Shown: positions 1-9,080, counted from the stretch's first letter. The stretch: 34,169 nucleotides of DNA from Candidatus Omnitrophota bacterium (GCA_029558215.1 JAKQFZ010000588.1:1-34169), one strand, 5' to 3'. Numbers and translations: made by a program. The notes: a model not told the origin generated them from the sequence alone.

Positions 1-2
1 CG

Positions 3-1010
3 ACAGGGGTCTGGGGCACGACTGAAGACTACGAGGTCACTGAGGATGATTCGGGATTGTGCCTTACGGCTCAGATTTCTGGTGACTTGAAGGTGAAGCG
101 GCTCTACGTTCCCCAGGAGAATGGCTTTCGGGTGGTGACCACGCTGAGCAACACCGGTGCCTCTCGGTCGGATCCGGCGATCCTTCGTTCCATGACTCAA
201 TGGGATCTCAAGGATTTCAGAAGGTGGGTCTTGGTTTTGCCTGGAACGCAGTCGCCCCACTCCTTTGAGATTTCAACACTCTTCTCGTCCGATGAACCGA
301 TTCGAGAATTCGCCACGGCGCAGTTCGGTTCTGCATGGGTCCTCTGGAATGCCACTTCATCCATTGGAGTCATGGGTGAGTCAGACGCATCGGTCAAGAC
401 GCTTGTGTTTGAGTTGGACAAGAAGCGAAGTGTCCTGAAGGTGAACCAAAGAACCGGTTTTCACGCCTTTCGGAAAAAGGGAGGATGGGTCACTGAGCGC
501 AAATATCAGATCATCCGCAGTACGCCAGAGGGTTTTTCCACAGAACCGAAGTCGCCGGATCTGAAGCGTGAATCGTCTGTGGTGATCGAGCCAGACTCTT
601 TCCGACTGTTTCGGCAGGGAGAATTGAGTCGCATTGTCACCGACAGATCTGCTGAGGGTGGCGTGTGTGGCTGGTTGACTGGTCACACCCGGGAATGGGC
701 AATTCAGGCGGAGGTGCCTTCGGGCAGACTCGACCCTGAGAGGAAGTATCAACTCGTGGCTCACGTCAAGGCGGTGAAGAAGTCAGACAACGGCTCCGCG
801 TATACGGTTGGAATCTGGGATCACGATTCTCATAGAGCGGTTCTCAGTGTTACTCGGGATGCATCAAAAGCGTCAGGCGATTGGGACGAGTTTGTCGTCG
901 GCGAGTTTGTACCTGGAAAGTCCTTCTATATTTGGATTTGTCCAGAAGCCAATCCTGATGCAATCAGCGAGATTCGCGTTGCCAGGTTCGTGATACGAGC
1001 TGCATCCTGA
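3..1010 (+). CDS. Hypothetical protein, 5'-truncated by the window edge; the C-terminal ~140 aa look like a beta-sandwich (CBM-like) module
   Basis: This frame is open from base 3 (TGVWGTTEDYEV...), so the TTG at 57 in the ORF track is probably not the true start. The ORF is long and uninterrupted and ends TGA at 1010. I recognise no catalytic motif. Confidence 0.55.
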   Translation, partial: TGVWGTTEDYEVTEDDSGLCLTAQISGDLKVKRLYVPQENGFRVVTTLSNTGASRSDPAILRSMTQWDLKDFRRWVLVLPGTQSPHSFEISTLFSSDEPIREFATAQFGSAWVLWNATSSIGVMGESDASVKTLVFELDKKRSVLKVNQRTGFHAFRKKGGWVTERKYQIIRSTPEGFSTEPKSPDLKRESSVVIEPDSFRLFRQGELSRIVTDRSAEGGVCGWLTGHTREWAIQAEVPSGRLDPERKYQLVAHVKAVKKSDNGSAYTVGIWDHDSHRAVLSVTRDASKASGDWDEFVVGEFVPGKSFYIWICPEANPDAISEIRVARFVIRAAS

Positions 1011-1031
1011 GAGATGCTTTGAACGGCTCTC

Positions 1032-2504
1032 TCACTTTGCCACGTATCTGGAGACTCTAAGATAGGGCCCGCGAGGCATATCAACCGACATATTGCGTTC
1101 TGCAAATGGCTGCATCATCCGCTCTTGTGTTGTTTCCGACGGAGTGATACTGACGACCCAGACCCGTTGTCCAGCACCAAAGATGTGCTCGAAACGATCC
1201 GCAAGATCGCTCGTCGGAAAGTCCAATGCGGGAGCGATGTCCGGCCTGAAGTAATTGAGACACTCATAGGAGTAGTTTGGAATGACGAGGACAGAGTCTC
1301 CCTCGTGCTTCTGGTCGGCAATGATCTCCGCAGCAAGATCATATCGCCGCTTCTGAGTTGTGTTGACTGCATTCTGAACCGCCATCAGCCAGATGACCGA
1401 GAGCACCGACAACAAGAGAATGTTCCAACGTTTGGGAAACGCCAGAAAGCCACCTGCCAGGGCAATCACAAAAAACGGCTGACAGATGCTAAGATACCGT
1501 GTTCCATAGAAAACCACCGGAATCCAGAACGAGAGCACAATCATGAAGGCCATGGGAAAAACCGCAAACCAGAAAAGTCTTCCTCTCCATTTGACGGAAA
1601 CTGTCTTGGAACAGAAAAACCAAGTCCACATCGAAAGACCGATCAAGACGCATGCGTTGATAAGGTGTTTTGAAAGTGTGGCCGAAATCCCACAACTGAA
1701 AGACCGAAGCACTCCGAGAAAGTTGTCCCAACTCATCCTGGGAATCCAGTCCGTCAGCCCTTCCCCCCGCTGGAGAGAAAACATCCTTGCCGCGAAAAAC
1801 AGATTCACTCCGGCCAACAAACCGATGACCAAGAGCATCTTCCAAGTCTGCCTTCGGGCAATGGGGCGGCACGACAGGTTCCAGGCAGCGTAGCCCGCGT
1901 GTCCGAGAAGTGTGAAGTAGAAACAATAATGGAAGTGCATTCCGACTGTGAGGGCAATTGCATAGAAGAGCCAGTTTCGCTTTCGAGAGGGTTCGTCAAA
2001 ACACCTGCTCAAGAGTAGTGCTGCGACGACACAAATCAGCATGAGACCCGCGTACGCACGCGCCTCTTGAGCATAGTAAATCTGGTACTGCGATATCGCC
2101 ATCAAGAAGCATGAGAGCAGCGCAAGCGCGGTTCCTTTGATGCGGTAAGCCAGGAGTCCTGTCGTGGCAAGACATGCAAGGCTCATGAGAGTAGATGAAA
2201 GCCTGATCCATTCGGTGCTTGCAGAGATCTTGAGCCAGAAATGCAAAAGGAGATAGTACAAAGGCGGCGTGGTCTCTGTGGCAAGTACCTTTCGGGAGAC
2301 CTCTGACAATGTCGGCAGGCCTGCCTTGGTCACCGATGCGATCTCGTCAAACCAGAGAACCTCAGAATTGATCCCATAGAGTCGGAGTGCAATCGCCAGA
2401 AGGAAGAGAAGAAGGAACATCCCTTTGGCGAACCAAGGATGCTCAGACCAACGGTGCCAAATCGCACTGAGCGAATGAACAAAGGTTTGGGATTTCTTCC
2501 TCAT
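1032..2504 (-). CDS. GT-C fold glycosyltransferase, family 39 (ArnT/PMT-like) polytopic membrane protein
   Basis: 490 aa with about 10 or more hydrophobic segments. The first-loop acidic motif 'LWFDEIASV' follows TM1, and 'YYAQEARAY' is typical of GT39/PMT_2 proteins. Its start overlaps the upstream stop by 4 bp (tcat at 2501-2504). Confidence 0.75.
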   Translation of the reverse strand: MRKKSQTFVHSLSAIWHRWSEHPWFAKGMFLLLFLLAIALRLYGINSEVLWFDEIASVTKAGLPTLSEVSRKVLATETTPPLYYLLLHFWLKISASTEWIRLSSTLMSLACLATTGLLAYRIKGTALALLSCFLMAISQYQIYYAQEARAYAGLMLICVVAALLLSRCFDEPSRKRNWLFYAIALTVGMHFHYCFYFTLLGHAGYAAWNLSCRPIARRQTWKMLLVIGLLAGVNLFFAARMFSLQRGEGLTDWIPRMSWDNFLGVLRSFSCGISATLSKHLINACVLIGLSMWTWFFCSKTVSVKWRGRLFWFAVFPMAFMIVLSFWIPVVFYGTRYLSICQPFFVIALAGGFLAFPKRWNILLLSVLSVIWLMAVQNAVNTTQKRRYDLAAEIIADQKHEGDSVLVIPNYSYECLNYFRPDIAPALDFPTSDLADRFEHIFGAGQRVWVVSITPSETTQERMMQPFAERNMSVDMPRGPYLRVSRYVAK

Positions 2505-4345
2505 GGCAGGGGATAGCTGAGCAGATGATCCTGTGAACTGAAATAGACTCTGCCTTTGACCAGAGCGATACCCGAATGAATGGCCTCGGGAAAATCAGCC
2601 AGAATCCGATGATGAAAAGTTCCTGGGGTGATCTCCACAATAGCATTGCCGAAGGTCACATAGAACAGGCCGCTTTCTGCAAGTTCCATGGGATGGAACG
2701 TTGGCCTGCCATAGGGAAGTTTCTCAAGGTGGACGATCTGAAGGCTCTCAGAGTTAAAGACGAAGAAATGTCCGTTGTGAGTCAACCCATAGAGCAGTCC
2801 ATCGGGACCGAGCCTGATGGCGCGAATGATTCCCTCGCCGGTGACAGGGACGACATCGAAGGCCTTCTCTCTTTTGTCATAGTCCCAGAGAAAGAGATGC
2901 GCTTCCTTTTCCGTGGTGTGGCTCCCTGAGCCTCCCTGAGTGCAGCTGCCTGCGACAACCCTTCCCTGTCCATCCAAACAAAGTGTTGTAATGCTCTGGT
3001 TTGGAATGATATTACGATACTCCGCTTCTATCTTCATCGTCTCTGGATTGAAGATGGAGATCGCCCCTCCCAGGAGACCGTAGTCGGGAACCCCACCGAT
3101 GAGAACACGCTCGCCGTCCGGAGAAAGACACATTTCATGGGGGCGATAGACAAGTTTCGAGAGCCCAGGTGTCCTTCGAGGATTTGTGCCCAGTGCCCAG
3201 GGTTGTGTCGGATCGTAAACAGCCATCGAGCAGCCGGGATAGGCGGCCATCACAAGTTGATTCTTGAAAATCGTGAATGAGTATATTTCCCCAGCAGAGA
3301 CCGTCGGTTTCCCAAGATTCTGAGACTGCCCTGTCTCAGGATCATAAACAAACAGTTGCAGGGGTAGAAAACTGCTTCCGTATACCTTTCCGTCCGGACC
3401 TTTGTCCACGACAAAGATTCGAGTTCCCGCATTCTCTATCTCATAGTCAATTCGGATCTCCTGTGAATCGGTGGCGGATTTCACGATAACATAGTTCTTT
3501 TCAGCATCGTGTTTGGACAGAGATCTCCCGTCCGGAAGGAGATATCCTGACTTTTTGGCAGGAGTCTCGACTGGAATAGCTATGCCACCCGTCAGATGGA
3601 AATTGCCAGCCGGAGATGTGGCATAACATTGTCCATCCTCCCCGATATGAACAGCACCCCAACCAGGGACTCGTTGGTCCTCGGGAATGAGTTGGCTCCA
3701 CGTAGCGGACTCGATGTGATAGGCGATCAGTCCTGCTCGCGCGGATCCGATGCCAGCATAGACATAGCCATCCGAATCAGCGACGACGCTTCGCAAGTAC
3801 TGCTCTGTTGGATCCATTCTCCCCAGATCATCGGACTGACCCGTGGCAGGATCGTAGCGGACAAGTTTGCACCTGCCATAGGTTCCACCGTAAATCTTCT
3901 TGTCTGTTCCCTCTGCCAGCGTCCAGATGTAAGACTCCTCTCCAGGGCGGCCAAGATCAACCAACTGTTTGCTCAGCGGATCATACTCAAAGAGGTGCCC
4001 TGTATCGGCTGTTCCGACATAGACCTTTCCATTGCTGGCAACGCACATGCCCCATGGGAAACAGGCACCAGGCACCTGTGTATTGGCTTGAACCGTTTCA
4101 TGCGTGTCAAGGCAGATGTCCAGTATAAAGAAAGGTGTAGGGGACTGCCCACGAGCCTGGTAGAAATGAGCCTTTCCGTTGGCATCCATTCCAACTGCAG
4201 AGCTGAATGTACTGCTGACTTTCACTGGGATACCGTGATCTACGAAACCTGAAGAATCGGACACAGAAGCCTCCGTGACAACACAGAATGACGGAAAAGA
4301 CACGAGAACCACCAACATGAGCTGAAGAAGCGATAGACGTTTCAT
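2501..4345 (-). CDS. Exported multi-blade beta-propeller repeat protein, function unknown
   Basis: The signal peptide MKRLSLLQLMLVVLVSFPSFCVVTEA begins at the ATG at 4345; the ORF track begins at 4375, which is an alternative start. There are repeated ~45-aa units, e.g. GKVYVGTADTGHLFEYDPLSKQLVDLG, KKIYGGTYGRCKLVRYDPATGQSDDLG and GKVYGSSFLPLQLFVYDPETGQSQNLG. Confidence 0.7.
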   Translation of the reverse strand: MKRLSLLQLMLVVLVSFPSFCVVTEASVSDSSGFVDHGIPVKVSSTFSSAVGMDANGKAHFYQARGQSPTPFFILDICLDTHETVQANTQVPGACFPWGMCVASNGKVYVGTADTGHLFEYDPLSKQLVDLGRPGEESYIWTLAEGTDKKIYGGTYGRCKLVRYDPATGQSDDLGRMDPTEQYLRSVVADSDGYVYAGIGSARAGLIAYHIESATWSQLIPEDQRVPGWGAVHIGEDGQCYATSPAGNFHLTGGIAIPVETPAKKSGYLLPDGRSLSKHDAEKNYVIVKSATDSQEIRIDYEIENAGTRIFVVDKGPDGKVYGSSFLPLQLFVYDPETGQSQNLGKPTVSAGEIYSFTIFKNQLVMAAYPGCSMAVYDPTQPWALGTNPRRTPGLSKLVYRPHEMCLSPDGERVLIGGVPDYGLLGGAISIFNPETMKIEAEYRNIIPNQSITTLCLDGQGRVVAGSCTQGGSGSHTTEKEAHLFLWDYDKREKAFDVVPVTGEGIIRAIRLGPDGLLYGLTHNGHFFVFNSESLQIVHLEKLPYGRPTFHPMELAESGLFYVTFGNAIVEITPGTFHHRILADFPEAIHSGIALVKGRVYFSSQDHLLSYPLP

Positions 4346-4454
4346 ATTGGCGATAGTAACAAACCCGTCTCTCATGTCAACAATCGGAGGGTTTAATCTC
4401 GCTTTTCCCTGTTCGAGACTTTCCCATCGTCAGTCCCCTTGGATCAGGGGCGGA

Positions 4455-7400
4455 CTATCTGTACTCTTCCCAAACATGAACGCCGGTCACTCCAGTTGGC
4501 AGCGGAGTCGCTGTTTGAGTTGGTGTGTTCGTGGGCGTGTAAACGCCGGTATCCTGATTCTCAAACGCGCCGATGTCGAACTCCTTACCCGTACTGTCAG
4601 CACCCCTGCCTGGAACGTCATGAGGTCTGAGATCGCCAGCAAAGTCAAAAAGCGGAGCGTCCAAATCTGTTCCCGAGTCCACGCAGGGCGACAGATTCGA
4701 GAGGCGGAAATCTCCAACGGAAGAGTTGACGAACTGCGCATCACCGTCAATATTCCCAGATGCTCCGGGAACAGCAGCGTTGATCTGTGCGGCACCGATG
4801 AAGGGCGTCGGTGAGTATCCGTCAATGAAATAGTCACCGTCCGCGTTGTTGTAGAAGAGGCAGTTCGTTACCGGGGGAGCGGCCGATAGTCCATAGGCAT
4901 TGATCGCATATCTGTTGTTGCCCTGAAAGATCGTGTTTGTGAAAGACGGTTTGGAACCGTAGTACGCCCAGAAACCACCGCAGGCGGTTCCCACGTTGTT
5001 GGTGATATTGCAGTTCAAAAACTCAGGCTCGGCATAGTACGAAGACACCGCGGCGCCTCCCCATTGAGAGACATTTGCATTGAAGATGACATTGGTGAAA
5101 ACGGGAGACGCTTCATAGATATACGCTCCACCACCGCACCATCCAGCAAAGTTCCCTTCGATCAGGGTATTGGTAACCAACAACGATTCACCGTAACGGA
5201 AATGAATCCCGCCACCCAATGACGAGTACGATGTCGCAACATTGTCCCTGATGACACAGTCTTCGATGGACACATTGCTCATGTAGGCAAAAATCCCCGA
5301 TCCATCGCTACCAGTGTTTTCACTAATTGTGCACTCGTTAAGGACAACGGCTTCACAATAGTCGAGATAGACTCCTGCACCGGGTCCATAACCAGCACTG
5401 TTATTCTGAGAAATCAGACAAGATTCGAACCTCAGCGCACTGTGCTGTGCGAAAACGCCCGCTCCCGATCCACATTGATTTGCGGTGATCGTACAGTTGG
5501 CAACCGCATTGGTGTCATCCGCGTTGATACACAGGACACCACCACCTGGCTCGGAGCCCAGAGCACCTGCACCCGTTATCCGAAAGCCGTCGAGCCTTGC
5601 CTGGGTCACGTTCCTGATGAGAACTGCATGCATCGCTGGCGATCCGCCGTTTACTAATGAAGCATCGATCGTTGTCTCATTTGACACGACATTGCGCTGT
5701 GAGAGATCAGTCTCAGTGCCGGCAAACCCACCGTAAAGAGAGACGCCGCTCAGCAGCGTGACAGATTCAGAATAGGTACCGTCTGCAACCCAGACAGAGG
5801 CGACAGCAAATGCGTTGGCAACAAATGCCGCCACATCAATTGTCTTGAAGGAATCAGTCCAACTCAGGCCGGTTTCACTGCCCGAGGCGTTGCAGTCCAC
5901 ATAAACTCTGGATCCTGAGAAGCTGCCAAAGACTCGTGTCATGGCATCTGCAACAGATGGTGCAGACTCCGAATTACTCGAATTGTCTGTAGCAACGGTG
6001 TAGAATTCATAAATCCCATCACCACCGGTCGTCCCGCTGTCAAAAGAGATGGGACTGTTGGTAAAGGTTGTGCCGTACTTGACGTAGGCACCTTGCCCGT
6101 CCTTGCGGTAGTACAGTTCGACGTACTGCACACCTAATTCCGCATCTGAAGCATTGAACGGAACACCAAAAATCGCGGGTGCGGAGTATTTGCCCAAGTT
6201 CACCACTTGCGAGACTGGATCGCTCGTGTCAACAGGAGGTTGCCATGCCGATGGCGCCTCATCTGCTCCAATATCGGCAAGCGCATCAGTCCCGGGGCGA
6301 ACATCACCTTCGAAGTCATCAGATGGAATCGTGGACAACTGGGCTCGATCGAGTGCTGAAGAGCCATTCGTCAGATGATGGTCAACGAAGAGGTAGGGAC
6401 TTCCGTCAGAGATGTTGTAGTTGGTGAGATTTCCACTGACAGTGACTTGCGTCGCTGTGTTTGCCACTACAACAGACTCGTAAGGGAAGGACGCCAGACA
6501 CTGAAGTGTCTTACCGACCAAAGCCCCAGGAAGATAGGAGGCGCTCGCATTCGTGAGTGTCGTCTTCTGAGTTGTGGCATCGAAGACGGAGGAGGCACTC
6601 CATGTTCCAGATGCCCCCATCAAGAACGAAGGATCTCCTTCTCGGTTGTTGCTCGCCCCGTCAACTTCCATGTTGATGGTGTTGGCACCCGTAACAGCGC
6701 CAATATCCTGGTCGTAGTAGTCGCCACTGGAGTTGGCATCAAAAAGACAGTTGGATATCGTCATGGGCGGGTGTGAGTTTGACTGTCGAATGCCATAGCC
6801 CTGATTGCCTGAAAGGATGCAGTTGAACAGCGCTGGAGAGGACGATTCAGAGTCAACACCAGCGCCTCCTGGAGCGTGTGTGAAACCGCCGGAGGAGATA
6901 TTGCCTGCAAGAGTACAATTGGTGACCAACGGCGTTGCACCTTGCTGACAAAAGAGCCCGCCACCTTGGTACGCCTGGTTCCCCGTCAGAACGCAGTTCG
7001 TCAAACTGGGAGAGGACTGGTAACAGGCAACACCACCACCTCTGTTGCCAGCGATGAGACAGTCTTCAATCGTAGGGTTGCCGTCCCGATAGCATCCGAC
7101 TCCACCACCAGCGCTCAGAGCAACATTCCCGGAGATGGTGCAGTTCGTGATTCTGTTGGAACTATTGGCTTCCTGGCAGTATACCCCACCACCAACCCCA
7201 CCGATCGCCCATGGACCACCCGAGTATGAAGCATACCCACCCGTGACGAGAAATCCATCCAGAACGGCATTCGTCGTACTGTAGAATAAGACAACATGCT
7301 CAGCAGGATAGCCGTAGTCTCCAGCCGTTGCACCGTCTATAATTGCAACGTACATTTTGGGATTGCGTTCTGAAAACAGAGTGGCTCCGGACTGAAAACC

Positions 7401-7661
7401 ACCGTATACCGCAACACCTGTAGCCATGGAGATCGCCTCAGGATAGGTGCCTTGCGCCACCCACACATCTTCGTCAGCAAGATCTGCATCACTGATACCA
7501 GCCTGAATACTCTGATAGGCTGTCAACCAACTATTTCCATCACCGCCGGGACCTGCATTAGTGTCCACATAGACCATCGAAAAGCAAGGAATCGCCAGAA
7601 TGACACAAAAGAGACAAACACAACACGCACTCACCTGGGTGAGCCACAAAGACCTCTTCAT
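4455..7661 (-). CDS. Giant exported right-handed parallel beta-helix protein with two tandem beta-helix/'choice-of-anchor Q'-like modules, an Ig/FN3-like spacer and a Thr/Pro-rich C-terminal tail
   Basis: The ATG at 7661 is preceded by GGAGG 9 nt upstream; the TTG at 7664 is in the ORF track. The signal peptide is Cys-rich. Many NC(T/V/I)(I/L)xGN beta-helix rungs are present (NCTISGN, NCVLTGN, NCTLAGN, NCILSGN, NCTITAN, NCNITNN). Each module ends in DF(E/A)GD(V/L)RP...DIGA(D/F)E. The tail is YTPTNTPTQTATPLPTGVTG. Confidence 0.85.
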   Translation of the reverse strand: MKRSLWLTQVSACCVCLFCVILAIPCFSMVYVDTNAGPGGDGNSWLTAYQSIQAGISDADLADEDVWVAQGTYPEAISMATGVAVYGGFQSGATLFSERNPKMYVAIIDGATAGDYGYPAEHVVLFYSTTNAVLDGFLVTGGYASYSGGPWAIGGVGGGVYCQEANSSNRITNCTISGNVALSAGGGVGCYRDGNPTIEDCLIAGNRGGGVACYQSSPSLTNCVLTGNQAYQGGGLFCQQGATPLVTNCTLAGNISSGGFTHAPGGAGVDSESSSPALFNCILSGNQGYGIRQSNSHPPMTISNCLFDANSSGDYYDQDIGAVTGANTINMEVDGASNNREGDPSFLMGASGTWSASSVFDATTQKTTLTNASASYLPGALVGKTLQCLASFPYESVVVANTATQVTVSGNLTNYNISDGSPYLFVDHHLTNGSSALDRAQLSTIPSDDFEGDVRPGTDALADIGADEAPSAWQPPVDTSDPVSQVVNLGKYSAPAIFGVPFNASDAELGVQYVELYYRKDGQGAYVKYGTTFTNSPISFDSGTTGGDGIYEFYTVATDNSSNSESAPSVADAMTRVFGSFSGSRVYVDCNASGSETGLSWTDSFKTIDVAAFVANAFAVASVWVADGTYSESVTLLSGVSLYGGFAGTETDLSQRNVVSNETTIDASLVNGGSPAMHAVLIRNVTQARLDGFRITGAGALGSEPGGGVLCINADDTNAVANCTITANQCGSGAGVFAQHSALRFESCLISQNNSAGYGPGAGVYLDYCEAVVLNECTISENTGSDGSGIFAYMSNVSIEDCVIRDNVATSYSSLGGGIHFRYGESLLVTNTLIEGNFAGWCGGGAYIYEASPVFTNVIFNANVSQWGGAAVSSYYAEPEFLNCNITNNVGTACGGFWAYYGSKPSFTNTIFQGNNRYAINAYGLSAAPPVTNCLFYNNADGDYFIDGYSPTPFIGAAQINAAVPGASGNIDGDAQFVNSSVGDFRLSNLSPCVDSGTDLDAPLFDFAGDLRPHDVPGRGADSTGKEFDIGAFENQDTGVYTPTNTPTQTATPLPTGVTGVHVWEEYR

Positions 7662-7786
7662 CAACGGAGCCTCCAGAATGAAATAGAAAACGGAGGGATT
7701 CTCAATCCAGAAGGGCTAATAAGTCAAGTTTTTCTCAGAAATGGCGTCAGTGTCCGATGCAACTTTCATCCCAACAGAAACCATGC

Positions 7787-7804
7787 ATTCCGAATATTCG
7801 GAAT
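7787..7804. promoter_or_regulatory. Perfect 18-bp palindrome ATTCCGAATATTCGGAAT (candidate dimeric-regulator operator, or a hairpin)
   Basis: Read directly: 9-bp arms with no spacer. It lies in the 251-bp intergenic region, 126-143 nt upstream of the beta-helix gene ATG (7661) and 109 nt downstream of the URO-D gene stop (7913). Confidence 0.3.
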
Positions 7805-7912
7805 ACTGGAAAAGAGAGTGCTCACACAGATCCCTGCTTGCGAGGGACTATGAGAACGGGAAACCGCTTGTCTGACATCCTCTGATCCCGGCGCTACCGA
7901 AAAACCGATCGG

Positions 7913-9046
7913 CTAGTAGTTCCCAAACTCGACAACAGCCTCTATCATCGCAAGTATATTCTCATCGGGCGTGTCACGCCCACACTGGTCGCCTGTAGAG
8001 AGAATGAAGCCACCGCCATCGGCTGCGTCCTGAATGGCTTTGCGCGAGGCCTCTTTCACGGTCTTGGGTGTGCCTCGGAGCATGACATCCGTTGTATGAA
8101 GATTCCCCATGAGGCTCAGTCTGCTGCCGTACTCGCGCTTGATCTGTGCCAGGTCACAGTCTCCCATGGGGGGTATCTCGAGAGGATTGATGCTGTTGAG
8201 ATCGGACTCCTCGGCCGCGATACGCACCAGATCACGCTCCGGACCGCAGCAGTGAATCTGGCTTATCACTCCGACATCCTTGCAGATTGCTGTGATGGCC
8301 TGCAGTGTCGGCAATGCCAGTTGTCGGAATATCGGTTCAGGGTTGCTGATCATGAATCCCGAAATGCCTATCAGGACAAAGTCGGGTTTCAAAGTGACCA
8401 ACCGACGTATTCTCTGAACTGTAGCGTCATGCTGCCTTTGACAACGTTCGATGACTCGTTCCGGATGATCATAGTACTCATAGACGCATTCGGGAGCCAA
8501 CCCAAGTCCCGGCAGTCCAATCGGTACGCCAACGACGCCAAGATCACCCATCTCACGACGCGCCGTTTGAAATGCCTCCAACCCCGAGTAGCTGTTCTTC
8601 GGGATGACCTCCTCCCACGAGTTCGGAGGCGCTTCTGGCAAACCAACTTTGGCAAGGGGCACTCCGTGAGTTGGCGAATCCGCCCGATAGTAGACGTTGC
8701 AGAATGATGACCATACGTGATTGGCACCGTCATTCAGATGATGTCGTGTGTAGATTCTGTCCTCAGTTCTATGAACAATGGCTTCGCGCCATTGGGGCTG
8801 TCTTTGCCTGGTCTCGACTTCGTCCGGAAACTCCAACGGCACGCTGTCGAGCCAACCGTCCGTTCCAAAATACTTCACAGTTTTGATGTATGCCAACCAT
8901 CGAGGGGGATTCTGGTAAAGATAGATGTCCCAGAATGGTTTGCCTGTCAGACGACAGGGAATCATGTTGGACATGTCTGGAGCGGCCGGAACGCGATCCG
9001 GCTGCCCTTTGTTCATCGCTGTCATCATTCGCTGTTTGGGTGTCAT
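7913..9046 (-). CDS. Uroporphyrinogen-decarboxylase (URO-D) family protein, not a HemE orthologue; MtaA/CmuA-like His-x-Cys...Cys pattern present
   Basis: The N-terminus 'MTPKQRMMTAMNKGQPDRVP' and the C-terminal half '...QIHCCGPE...LMGNLHTTDVMLRGTPKTVKEASRKAI...GGFILSTGDQCGRDTPDENILAMIEAV' are typical of the URO-D/MT2 fold. The HemE N-terminal RQAGR-type motif is absent. Confidence 0.75.
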   Translation of the reverse strand: MTPKQRMMTAMNKGQPDRVPAAPDMSNMIPCRLTGKPFWDIYLYQNPPRWLAYIKTVKYFGTDGWLDSVPLEFPDEVETRQRQPQWREAIVHRTEDRIYTRHHLNDGANHVWSSFCNVYYRADSPTHGVPLAKVGLPEAPPNSWEEVIPKNSYSGLEAFQTARREMGDLGVVGVPIGLPGLGLAPECVYEYYDHPERVIERCQRQHDATVQRIRRLVTLKPDFVLIGISGFMISNPEPIFRQLALPTLQAITAICKDVGVISQIHCCGPERDLVRIAAEESDLNSINPLEIPPMGDCDLAQIKREYGSRLSLMGNLHTTDVMLRGTPKTVKEASRKAIQDAADGGGFILSTGDQCGRDTPDENILAMIEAVVEFGNY

Positions 9047-9080
9047 AGGGAAGACCCTTTCGGTTGGAGAGCAACCCGTG

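Noticed and set aside
3596-4252. Long antisense ORFs opposite large genes. Examples: 3596-4252 (+), 1125-1673 (+), 8096-8707 (+), 9411-9980 (+), 17747-18331 (-), 23803-24360 (+), 26807-27424 (+), 32723-33394 (+), 4347-4814 (+).
   Set aside because: Each lies entirely within a longer opposite-strand ORF that has recognisable family motifs. Their translations are low-complexity, Arg/Ser/Cys-rich and motif-free. They are typical shadow ORFs in moderately GC-rich DNA.
4432-4450. The hairpin CCCCT-TGGATC-AGGGG just downstream of the beta-helix gene stop, as an intrinsic terminator splitting the beta-helix gene from the propeller/GT39 genes.
   Set aside because: It has only a 5-bp stem and no downstream U-run on the transcribed (minus) strand. 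That is insufficient to argue against co-transcription.
4455-7661. Repetitive NCxIxGN rungs as DNA-level tandem repeats or a phase-variation (slippage) tract.
   Set aside because: The repeats are degenerate at protein level, and the codons differ between rungs. I saw no exact nucleotide tandem repeat or homopolymeric tract.
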